Positions 32,097 to 41,400 of a stretch of DNA of 64,000 bases are shown one piece after another. Numbering within the stretch: position 1 is the stretch's first letter; each line of letters starts with the position of its first letter. The translations under genes and the position numbers were made by a program. Location: the NCBI GenBank assembly GCA_021108075.1, contig JAIORP010000168.1, forward strand, positions 2,649 to 66,648. The letters run 5' to 3'. Origin of the DNA: Candidatus Omnitrophota bacterium (lineage in GTDB: Bacteria > Omnitrophota > Gorgyraeia > Zapsychrales > Zapsychraceae). The notes beneath the pieces are model-generated. The model saw nothing but the letters and a program-made list of their open reading frames with translations, made no database searches and had not been told where the DNA came from.

Positions 32097-32306
32097 CTAA
32101 AAAACTGATTTCTTACCGACAATAAATCCGAGGCCAAATCCCGCCAGAAGAAATAAAACTAAAAAAATGATCCGTGACATGCTGATTTTCCAGAACAATA
32201 ATTGAAAATCAACAACCTGTGTGTTCTGCAACAACACGATGAGGACGATTCCTGCTAGAAGGCTCAAAGCGATCAATTTCATTCTGCCCATATCATCAAA
32301 ACTCAT
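32097..32306 (-). CDS. LapA-like (DUF1049) small inner-membrane protein
   Basis: 69 aa with two TM helices. It resembles YciS/LapA. The true start may be an internal Met (MKLIALS...). Confidence 0.45.
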   Translation of the reverse strand: MSFDDMGRMKLIALSLLAGIVLIVLLQNTQVVDFQLLFWKISMSRIIFLVLFLLAGFGLGFIVGKKSVF

Positions 32307-32320
32307 TGAGTTTCCCTATT

Positions 32321-33454
32321 CTATAACCATTTTTTCTTTTTAAAATAAACAAGTATCCCTGTTAAAACCAGTAACAATGCTCCGAGCATGACGTAAAATC
32401 CCAAACGCCAATGCGACATGGGCATGTGGTTGAAATTCATCCCAAACAAACAGGTAAAAAAGGTTGCCGGCATAAAGACAGCGACAAAAAAAACTAAAAC
32501 TTTCATGCTTTCATTGGTTTTGTTATTGATGTTTGAAAGATAAATATCGTTCAAGCCCGTAATAACCTCTCCAAAAGATTCAATGGTATCAATAACCTGG
32601 ACAGCATGATCAAAAACATCTTTTAAAAAGACCCCGGTTGATTCTTTTATCAACATGGAATCCGTATGCAGGAGACCATGAATGACATCCTTTATGGGAC
32701 AAATTTGACGACGCAGATAGATTACGTCCCGTTTTAATAAATGAATCTCTTGATTCATCTCCCGACTGACATCTGTAATCAATTCTTCTTCCATGTCTTC
32801 AATAAGGTTGCCGTAACGCTCTAACACCAGATAGTAATGATCAACGATGGCATCTAATAAAGCATAGGCCAAATAATCGGTTCCCATCTTGCGGATACGG
32901 CCTTTGTTCGCGCGCAAACGGTCTCTGATCGTCTCAAAAACATCCCCCCGGTGCTCTTGGAAGGTGATAACATAATTATGACCAATCAACAAACTGACCT
33001 GTTCAGCCTTTAATCCGTGATGCCTGGAGTCATAATAAAGCATTTTTACAACGATATAAAGATACGCCCCATAATCTTCCATCTTGGCGCGTTGCTCCGT
33101 ATTAACAATATCTTCTTGCACCAACGGGTGAATGCCAAAATGAGCGTCAATTTGTTCAATAATCTCAACTTGCTCAACACCGTCGATATTGATCCACGTC
33201 CGGCTAGGCTTATCGCGGTAGGCAAAGCAATCTTTAATGCTTTTTACGTTGGGTTCATCTAAAAAAGTCTCATCATAATCAAACGCGGTAATGATTGTTT
33301 TCTTTGTTCTTTTTTCACCGACATGAATTAATGTTCCTGGGGGCAAACCGATTTTTTTCGATACTTTTTTGTATAACTTTGGCATACGATCTCCTTTCAC
33401 TCGTCTCCAAATGAATAGCACTGAGAACAAAAACAACACTGCCGTTACTGACAC
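32321..33454 (-). CDS. corA: Magnesium/cobalt transporter CorA
   Basis: It has the FGMNF (GMN) motif and two C-terminal TM helices. The true start is likely the internal MPKLYKK at about 33385. Confidence 0.85.
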   Translation of the reverse strand: MSVTAVLFLFSVLFIWRRVKGDRMPKLYKKVSKKIGLPPGTLIHVGEKRTKKTIITAFDYDETFLDEPNVKSIKDCFAYRDKPSRTWINIDGVEQVEIIEQIDAHFGIHPLVQEDIVNTEQRAKMEDYGAYLYIVVKMLYYDSRHHGLKAEQVSLLIGHNYVITFQEHRGDVFETIRDRLRANKGRIRKMGTDYLAYALLDAIVDHYYLVLERYGNLIEDMEEELITDVSREMNQEIHLLKRDVIYLRRQICPIKDVIHGLLHTDSMLIKESTGVFLKDVFDHAVQVIDTIESFGEVITGLNDIYLSNINNKTNESMKVLVFFVAVFMPATFFTCLFGMNFNHMPMSHWRLGFYVMLGALLLVLTGILVYFKKKKWL

Positions 33455-33464
33455 GGCGCAGTCA

Positions 33465-35606
33465 TTAGGAACTCATTTTGCCGATCAAGACCACAACACT
33501 GTACGGCTTCGCCAGGTAACGCTCCGGGGGGCTTAGCAACACTTCTGCTTCAATCTGACAAAATTCCTCTCCCGCAGGCAAATCCGTATCGATAGCCCGG
33601 TACCATTGTTTACCATCGTACTGAGGCAGTTCTATTGTCTGCTCTTTTTCATCAGCATTCAAAATAAAAAACAAATGATAATCCCCTAAATCCGAAGGGA
33701 TTTCGCTGCCATCAAATTGATAACACAAACACTTCAAGTCGGGATTCAACCAGTCAGGAGTATTCAGGTGAGCATCAAACCACAAAACGTCCGGAACATT
33801 ATCATGATCCTGGTCCTTTCCTGAAAGGAACTTCTCTCTTTTTAGAATAGAATAATGCTGTCGAAACGCAATCGCTTTCTGAGAAAAATGAAACAGGTCA
33901 TCATGTCTGTCTATCAGACCCCAATCAAACCAGGTCAGCTCATTGTCCTGGCAATAAGCATTGTTATTACCCTGCTGTGTGCGCATGCATTCATCTCCGG
34001 CTAACAACATGGGTGTTCCAATAGAGAAAAATAAAAAACATAAGGCGTTTTTAGCCATCTTTTTTCTCAAGCGGTTGACACTGTCTTCATCTGTTGGCCC
34101 CTCACAACCACAATTCCATGAATGATTATCATTGGAACCATCCCGGTTATCTTCCTTATTAGCTTCATTGTGTTTCTGGTTGTATGCGTACAAATCAGAC
34201 AAGGTAAAACCATCATGACACGTGATGAAATTGATGCTGTTATGAGGTTGGCGTTGATCCTGACCATACAGGTCAGCCGATCCCGTTAACCGCCAGGCAA
34301 GATCTTGTATTTGCCGGGGATCACCTTTATTAAAGCGTCTGATCGTGTCACGAAACCGCCCATTCCATTCGGACCAGTTATAAGGGAAATGGCCCACTTG
34401 ATAGGTTGTTAAATCCCATGGTTCCGCGATTAACTTGCGTTGATTCAGGACCGGATCGTCCTGAATCAATTTAAAAAACAGGGAGTCTTTATCATAACGG
34501 CCTTTCACCCGTGCTAATATTGACGCCAAATCGAAACGAAACCCATCCACATGCATAACCTCAACCCAATAACGCAAAGAATCCATCACAAGCCGCATGA
34601 CGAGAGGATGTTCAATGTTAAAGGTATTACCACAACCCGTATCATTCAGGTAATGGCGGTACGGTTGACCGTCTACGCCAACCAGCGAATAATATGTCGC
34701 ATTATCCACTCCGCGGTAACAAATGGTCGGTCCTAATTCATTCCCTTCCGCCGTGTGGTTATACACAACATCCATAATAACTTCTATCCCTGCCTTATGC
34801 AGTTCCCTGACCATTGTTTTAAACTCAACCACTTCTACTCCTGGTTCTCTTTTAGACCCATAGGATGGTTCCGGCGCTAAAAAGGAGACCGTGTTATACC
34901 CCCAATACTCACTTAACCCCGCGGAAACCAAACCATCGCGCACAAAAAAATGCTGCACCGGTAATACTTCAACCGCGTTGACACCTAATTTTTTAAGATA
35001 GGGAATTTTTTCAATAAGGCCAAGGTATGTTCCGGGATGTTTGACCATCGAACTTGGATGAGCGGTGAAACCTTTCAGATGAATTTCATAAAGAATCAAA
35101 TCGTTTAATGAAATATTCAACGGCTTGTCATCTTGCCAATCAAAATGATTGTCAATAACAAGGGATTTTGGCACATGCGCGAATGATTCTAATAAACTAA
35201 ATGAGAGGTCCTGCTCTTTATGATCCATAGCATAACCCTGCAAATGATTTTCGCTGTTGTCATATTGGCCGAAAACAGCCTTCGCATAAGGATCCAGGAG
35301 TAATTTATGGGCGTTAAACCGTTGTCCATTGACGGGATCATACGGCCCTTCGACTTTATAACCATACATCTGCCCCGGATGAATGCCTTCAACCCGAATG
35401 TGCCAGACCGCATGATCCGAACGCGTCAACGGAATAATGTCTGTTGGCGCTTGCCCCTTCCGGTCAAAAAGACACACGTAAACACACTGAGCGTATTCAG
35501 AATAGATAGCAAAATTTGTGCCATTCCCTTCCCAGGTGGCCCCGAGCGGTTCAGGCTGGCCCGGATGAACCTGCCGATTTGTTTTAGGTGTTATCTTGAT
35601 TGTCAT
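33465..35606 (-). CDS. glgX: Glycogen debranching enzyme (GH13)
   Basis: 713 aa. N-terminal CBM48 (QPEPLGATWEGNGTNFAIYS) plus GH13 motifs (DVVYNHT, GFRFDLAS, ITCHDGFTL). Confidence 0.85.
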   Translation of the reverse strand: MTIKITPKTNRQVHPGQPEPLGATWEGNGTNFAIYSEYAQCVYVCLFDRKGQAPTDIIPLTRSDHAVWHIRVEGIHPGQMYGYKVEGPYDPVNGQRFNAHKLLLDPYAKAVFGQYDNSENHLQGYAMDHKEQDLSFSLLESFAHVPKSLVIDNHFDWQDDKPLNISLNDLILYEIHLKGFTAHPSSMVKHPGTYLGLIEKIPYLKKLGVNAVEVLPVQHFFVRDGLVSAGLSEYWGYNTVSFLAPEPSYGSKREPGVEVVEFKTMVRELHKAGIEVIMDVVYNHTAEGNELGPTICYRGVDNATYYSLVGVDGQPYRHYLNDTGCGNTFNIEHPLVMRLVMDSLRYWVEVMHVDGFRFDLASILARVKGRYDKDSLFFKLIQDDPVLNQRKLIAEPWDLTTYQVGHFPYNWSEWNGRFRDTIRRFNKGDPRQIQDLAWRLTGSADLYGQDQRQPHNSINFITCHDGFTLSDLYAYNQKHNEANKEDNRDGSNDNHSWNCGCEGPTDEDSVNRLRKKMAKNALCFLFFSIGTPMLLAGDECMRTQQGNNNAYCQDNELTWFDWGLIDRHDDLFHFSQKAIAFRQHYSILKREKFLSGKDQDHDNVPDVLWFDAHLNTPDWLNPDLKCLCYQFDGSEIPSDLGDYHLFFILNADEKEQTIELPQYDGKQWYRAIDTDLPAGEEFCQIEAEVLLSPPERYLAKPYSVVVLIGKMSS

Positions 35607-35682
35607 AAATATATTCTAACGTTTACGGCAGTCACCTTCAGGTATTGATTTTAACCCGGAAACGGAAATTGGGATCACCTGC

Positions 35683-35799
35683 GAAGGCAAAACTCGTCGC
35701 AATTGCTACGTGATGCTCGGGATTATTTCGTGAAGCGTATCGAGATACGGTGAACGAAATAATCCCGAGCATCACGTAGCAATTGCGACAACTGCCTTC
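35683..35799. repeat. Long palindromic element. It has a 34-bp perfect inverted repeat (35697-35730 / 35755-35788) with an inner 6-bp palindrome and outer imperfect extension.
   Basis: Arm 1 is TCGCAATTGCTACGTGATGCTCGGGATTATTTCG. The spacer is TGAAGCGTATCGAGATACGGTGAA and contains CGTATC-GA-GATACG. Arm 2 is CGAAATAATCCCGAGCATCACGTAGCAATTGCGA. Outer GAAGGCA/TGCCTTC also pair. Confidence 0.85.
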
Positions 35800-35828
35800 T
35801 CGTTACGATTCCGATTGCATTTTCCGGG

Positions 35829-37133
35829 TTAAAACGGTTTTTGAAATTTAAAGAGGATCTCTTCATTCGTTGTCTCGTCTTGAACTGATTGATCTCCCGC
35901 GCCCAAGTCCTTTAATTCTGTTGACACTTCGATAGAAAAATTCTCTGTGATAGCGACTTCGCCGCCTATCTTCTGTTTTGTTTTGACCTCTTGATTCTGT
36001 GCGTCCACATGACGCTCAATATTATAACTGGCCTCAATGTTGTCGGTTATTTCTTTCGAAACCGAAACCCCTTTAACGTCCGCATCAAAGGTGATGGAGA
36101 TATCCTTAAGGCCTAACTTATTCGCTACTTGATCCAATTGGCCGCCCAACAAGAAGTAATCGATCACGTCCTTAACCATATCAGGACTGAGTTGTCCTTT
36201 TCGAAAATGCTCTTCGGTTGTCTTCCATGTCTTATTTGTCGCCAGCATCAGCAACAACTTGCTTTGCGCCATGGGGGGAGTTGATGTGACGGAGATGTCC
36301 GGTTGCTGTAAATCTCCACGCAATGCGATGTTGATGTTCACTTCTTCAATTTCGGATATAGCTCGAATAGCCAGACGGGGATTTGCCGGATCACCAGAAA
36401 AATAAATTTTACTCTGAGCCAAATGAATCAGCGCCGTCCTTTTCCCGAATATCTCTCCCTGCTGCACATGGACTGTGCCATGCAATTCAACATCATCCTT
36501 CTTCTCTTTGATGTTCAGTTCAAAAGAGCACGGCGCGTTCTCCAGGGTCACAAGTTCATGTTTAATTTTAGAAACATGTGCTTTACCAGTGACATCAAGA
36601 CTGTCTATAGTCCCCTTCACAAAAATGTCAACATCAAATAAATCCCCTTTTAACTTCTTAAATTGAGAATCTTGGATAAAGTGCTTCAAATCTTCGATCG
36701 ACATCTTATACGTCGAGACATTAAAATCCAGTTTATCCCCGTTTAGAGAACCAGAAATCAAAATCGGATCAGAATCATCAATGACCGCACGAAAATTATC
36801 AATCCTGACTTCAATCCCTTCGAGACTCAACCTCTTCAAAGCAAAAGACATGTCCTGAATCTTAATGACATTCGGTTTTGGCAACTCATCCATATCGGAA
36901 ATCTGCACATTCTTAAATTCAAGTCCATCGACAAAAGTTCCGCTCACACTCTCCCAGCTTATCTGATATTCCTGTGCATAGCGATCTTTTATTTTCTCCA
37001 AAGCAAAATGACACCCGCCCTGCGTGAATAAAAGGTAATAACCCAGACCAAGGGCGCAAAAAACAAAAATAAAAAATAAGATAGAGATTGATATGGGTAC
37101 AATTCTGGAAGAGTTTCGCATTTTATTATCCAT
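35829..37133 (-). CDS. AsmA/TamB-like (DUF490-type) envelope protein with an N-terminal TM anchor
   Basis: 434 aa. It has a single N-terminal TM helix and a beta-rich repetitive body. The assignment is tentative. Confidence 0.4.
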   Translation of the reverse strand: MDNKMRNSSRIVPISISILFFIFVFCALGLGYYLLFTQGGCHFALEKIKDRYAQEYQISWESVSGTFVDGLEFKNVQISDMDELPKPNVIKIQDMSFALKRLSLEGIEVRIDNFRAVIDDSDPILISGSLNGDKLDFNVSTYKMSIEDLKHFIQDSQFKKLKGDLFDVDIFVKGTIDSLDVTGKAHVSKIKHELVTLENAPCSFELNIKEKKDDVELHGTVHVQQGEIFGKRTALIHLAQSKIYFSGDPANPRLAIRAISEIEEVNINIALRGDLQQPDISVTSTPPMAQSKLLLMLATNKTWKTTEEHFRKGQLSPDMVKDVIDYFLLGGQLDQVANKLGLKDISITFDADVKGVSVSKEITDNIEASYNIERHVDAQNQEVKTKQKIGGEVAITENFSIEVSTELKDLGAGDQSVQDETTNEEILFKFQKPF

Positions 37134-37143
37134 TCTCTTTTTT

Positions 37144-37328
37144 ATACCACATCCATTAATGAATTGTTCTATTTCGATTTTGGCAATTATACCAATTCCG
37201 TTAAATAATTTTCAAAAATTCTCATCGATTTTGGCGAACGCTTTTACGCGAATTGAGAAAAAAAATCAGTAAAATTATTTATTGGATTTGGTCTCGCTAT
37301 TTGTACAATTATTTAACGTAATTGGTAT
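37144..37328. repeat. Nest of at least three fragments or diverged copies of the MITE-like element
   Basis: 37144-37188 is a reverse-arm fragment (ATACCACATCCATTAATGAATTGTTCTATTT...). 37189-37293 is a diverged forward long-form copy (ATACCAATTCCGTTAAATAAT ... TTATTGGATTTGGT). 37308-37328 is TTATTTAACGTAATTGGTAT, a terminal arm whose last T overlaps the pfkA stop codon. Confidence 0.55.
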
Positions 37329-38401
37329 CAGTCACCAAAACATGTTCCCAATGAACGGGCCGACTGAACGAGATAATGTTGCGGATCAATCAGTCGGGCC
37401 CCCTTTGCCACATCGGATAAAGCGACATCGATAAGCTGCTGGCCCTGGACTCCGACCATAAACCCGAACTTATTGCGTTGAATCATATCGACAACATACG
37501 TGCCCAACTTAGTTGCCAGGACACGGTCAAATGCGCACGGTGCTCCCCCACGCTGCAAATGCCCGATGTCAACGGCCCGGGCCTCTAAACCCGTGATCTC
37601 TTCAATCTGTCCGCTTAATATCTGGGCAATCCCACCCAACCGGACAGGACCACTCGCCTTATCAGCCATTTTCTCAATAACCACATCACCGCCTTGCGGC
37701 TTAGCTCCCTCGGCGACAACGATAATGCTAAATCCGCTGTCTTTTTGATTTCTGTCTTTAACACGCTGCGCGATCACATCTAAATTGTATGGAATTTCAG
37801 GAATCAAAATGATATCTCCGCCACCGGCAATACCGGAGTAAAGGGCGATCCAGCCCGCGGTGCGCCCCATGGCTTCAATGATCATCACGCGATGATGGGA
37901 TTGGGCGGTTGTATGAATGCGGTCAATCCCATCGGTCACGACATTGACGGCTGACTGAAATCCGAAAGTTATTTCCGTTCCGATAATATCATTATCAATG
38001 GTTTTTGGTACACCCACGACAGGAATACCGGATTGCATCATTTTACAGGCGATCGCTAAGGTGCCATCGCCGCCAATACAGACTAAACAATCAAGGTCCA
38101 GGTCTCTAATATTTCTGATGACATCAGCGGATACATCAACCGGATCAGCCCCTTTAGTGGCGACATAGTTATAAGGATCGGCCTTGTTTGTCGTTCCTAA
38201 TATTGTTCCGCCTAAAGTTAGAATGCCTGAAACATCTTTAAAGTCTAATGCCCGGTATTTCTCATTGATCAGACCTTCAAATCCATCTTCAATGCCGATC
38301 ACATCCATGTTGCGGGATAAAATCGCTTTTTTGGTTACCGCCCGAATCACGGCATTAAGGCCGGGGCAATCCCCTCCACCTGTCAGTATTCCTATTTTCA
38401 T
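37328..38401 (-). CDS. pfkA: 6-phosphofructokinase
   Basis: 357 aa. It has GGGDCPGLNAVIR, GGDGTL, PKTIDNDI and MGRTAGW motifs. Confidence 0.85.
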   Translation of the reverse strand: MKIGILTGGGDCPGLNAVIRAVTKKAILSRNMDVIGIEDGFEGLINEKYRALDFKDVSGILTLGGTILGTTNKADPYNYVATKGADPVDVSADVIRNIRDLDLDCLVCIGGDGTLAIACKMMQSGIPVVGVPKTIDNDIIGTEITFGFQSAVNVVTDGIDRIHTTAQSHHRVMIIEAMGRTAGWIALYSGIAGGGDIILIPEIPYNLDVIAQRVKDRNQKDSGFSIIVVAEGAKPQGGDVVIEKMADKASGPVRLGGIAQILSGQIEEITGLEARAVDIGHLQRGGAPCAFDRVLATKLGTYVVDMIQRNKFGFMVGVQGQQLIDVALSDVAKGARLIDPQHYLVQSARSLGTCFGD

Positions 38402-38464
38402 AACATAATCTCCCCTGTGGTGATCCTCAAACCGGGCTCGTATTCAACCTCAATCAACCGAACC

Positions 38465-41400
38465 TTAAAAATAAGGAATAGTAATATCTATCTTCGTTCC
38501 CTTGTTCTGACGGCCTTTAAACGATATCGATCCATTCAGCGACTGCAGACGTTCTTTCATCCCAATAACACCTAATGACTTTTTATCTGAAATCTGCTTT
38601 TCGGTGATGCCGATTCCATTGTCCTGTATTGTAAACTGGATAAAATCCTCCGTAGATATAATGCTAATAGTAATTCTCGTCGCCCGGGCATGCCGCAGGA
38701 CATTGGTCAAGGCCTCTTGAAAAATCCTGAACAACACGGTCGCGACTTTCGGTTCAACAAGATGCTCCCCTTCGGAACGAACAAGGCATGTGAGGCCTGA
38801 CCGTTTCTCAAACTCCTGGGCCTGCCATTCGACCGCAGCAATGAGTCCCAAATCATCGAGAATGCCCGGCCGAATCTCACTTGAAATCTTTTGAACCCAA
38901 TGAATTGTATCATCAATCAATTTAAACATCGATTCAATTTTATCTAAACTTCTCGACTGGTCATTCACATGCGTTTTAAGCCAGGCTAAATCCATGCGTA
39001 ACGCGGTTAACGCCTGGCCCAATTCATCATGCAACTCACGCGCTATCCCCTTACGCTCTTCTTCACGCTCCTTATACAGGTGATCTGATAAATGTTTCAA
39101 TTTTTCATTGACATCGCTCAATTCACTGTTTTTTAACTCAAGTTCCCACTCAGCTTTTTTGCGGGCTGTGATATCCATCCCCTGGACAGAAATATAAGCA
39201 ATCTCGCCCGAATAGCCTTTAACCGGTTGAAAAACGCGGGCAGCAAATACTTTTTTTCCGTTTTTATCAAATGACACGCAGTCATGTTCCGAACGCTGGC
39301 CTTTCGTGGCGGCTTGAATAGATTTTTTTATTGTGGATATTTCTTCCTGTGTTTTTTCCCAGAACCAGGCTTCCCAGAGAGGTTTTCCTATGATCTTCGT
39401 CGGAAAACACCCATAGACATCATAGACCAACTGGTTAACCTCCAGCGTGTTCCCGTCTAAATCCGTAATCACAAAAAACTGAAAAAAAGATTGATCAAAA
39501 AACATCCTGAATCTCAGTTCACTATCACGAGAAGCCTCTTCGGCTGTTCGACGGACAGAAATATCTTTAAGAAAACCCAGATAACGATCCTCACTAATTT
39601 TTACCGTATCAATATTCAAATATCCCCTTGAGCCATCCTTGCGAAGATGCATCAGTTCTCCTTTAGACAGGCCTTTTGTGCGGACGCTGTTAAAGTGCGC
39701 CATGGCTTGTTTTTTCCAATCGTCGGGAAATAAATCCGGCATAGACATTTTTAATAGCTGCTGACGGCTATATCCTGTTATATTTGTAATGGCCGCGTTG
39801 GCCTCAATATACTGCCCCTTCTTGTTTGTGACCAGAATGCCATCCGGGGCGTTCTCGATATAGCTGCGAAACTTTGTTTCACTTTCGACAAGTGCCGTCT
39901 CCACACGCTTTCGGTCTGTTACGTCCAATAAAAGGCCATCCCATAGATACGATTTATCAGGCAACTGCTGCACACTGGCCAGAGCCCTCACCCATCTTAT
40001 TTCTCCCTCGGTAGACTTGACCCGCCAGGAAAAATCCCATTTCATATTCTTTTTAGCCATTTTCAGCAAAGTTGTCTTCAAAGACAGGATATCCTCCTCA
40101 ACGATAGTTGCCCGGATCAAATCATCATCGCTTAAAATTTGATCTGCCGTCAAACCAATAATTTTTTGAGTCCCTGAGGTAATATATTTAAACGCGCCTT
40201 TCGCGTCATTTTTGGGGTGCCAGTATTGAAATATGACTCCCGGCAAATTTTCAGTAATATTGGATAATTGTTCTTTGGTTTCCAACAATTCCTGTTGAGC
40301 GACTTTACGTTCGGTTATATCCGCGATAACCGTGATATGACAATCGGGGGCCTCCCCGATAGACCACATCGGTGAGACAGACAAACTGACCCAGACAACC
40401 GACCCATCTTTACGGCAGAACCGTTTCTCCATCGTAAACTCACGGATTTTCCCGCCGACAAGCAACTTCATACTATCTAAATCAGCCTTCAAATCATCAG
40501 GGTGTACGATGTCTTGAAACGTTTTTTTAAGCATCTCTGACGTCGAGTAACCGATGATTTCCCCGTAACGCTGGTTGATGCGGACAAATCGGCCTGTCCG
40601 CGAAATGATCTGGGCGACACCGACCCCCGCCTGTTCAAATATTGTCCTAAACCTAAGCTCACTTTCCTGCAATTGATTAAACACTTTCTGACGGGCTGAC
40701 ATTTCCAAATGCAACCGGGTCGCGTTAGACCTTAACTGTCGATTGGTGGTTATAAGTTCTCGTCCCCTGGCCTTCAATTGCCGGTTGGCGGCCTTTAAGT
40801 CCTCCTCAACCAGAATGAGTTTAGTAATATCATTGTGGATGCAGATGGCATTGATGACATTCTCATCTTTATCAAGGATGGGAGCGATAACAATATCAAA
40901 GACTATCAATCCATCGTCCTTAAATTTGATTTGTTTGACCTGATTTAATCGGTAGTGAAGGATAAAATTAATGGTTTTCTTAGCTGTAAAGACGCTTCTG
41001 ACTAAAGGCATTAATCCTTGCTTCTTAGCTTGCGCGTCCTTTAATACATTGTATTTACCGACAATATCCGTCCCCCCCGGGCCCAACAGTTGCAGTAAAG
41101 CCCGGTTCACTCTGACAATCGTTCCTTTTCCATCGCTGATCCACATGGGTGAAGGCGTTTTTTCAATGATTTCATCCAAAAACCTTTCATGTTTACGCGC
41201 TGCCCATTCAACCTGTTTGCATTGTGTGATATCTTCACCCGAACTCAAAGTTGTGACAATTCTTCCTTGATTATTGCGAACAATTGTATTGTGCCATGAA
41301 ATAATCCGCCTTTTACCTTTGCGGGTTAGGATTTCATTTTCATAGTATTCAACCGGATCAAGCTCCCCGCACATAATTGACCGAAAATATTTTTTAACTT

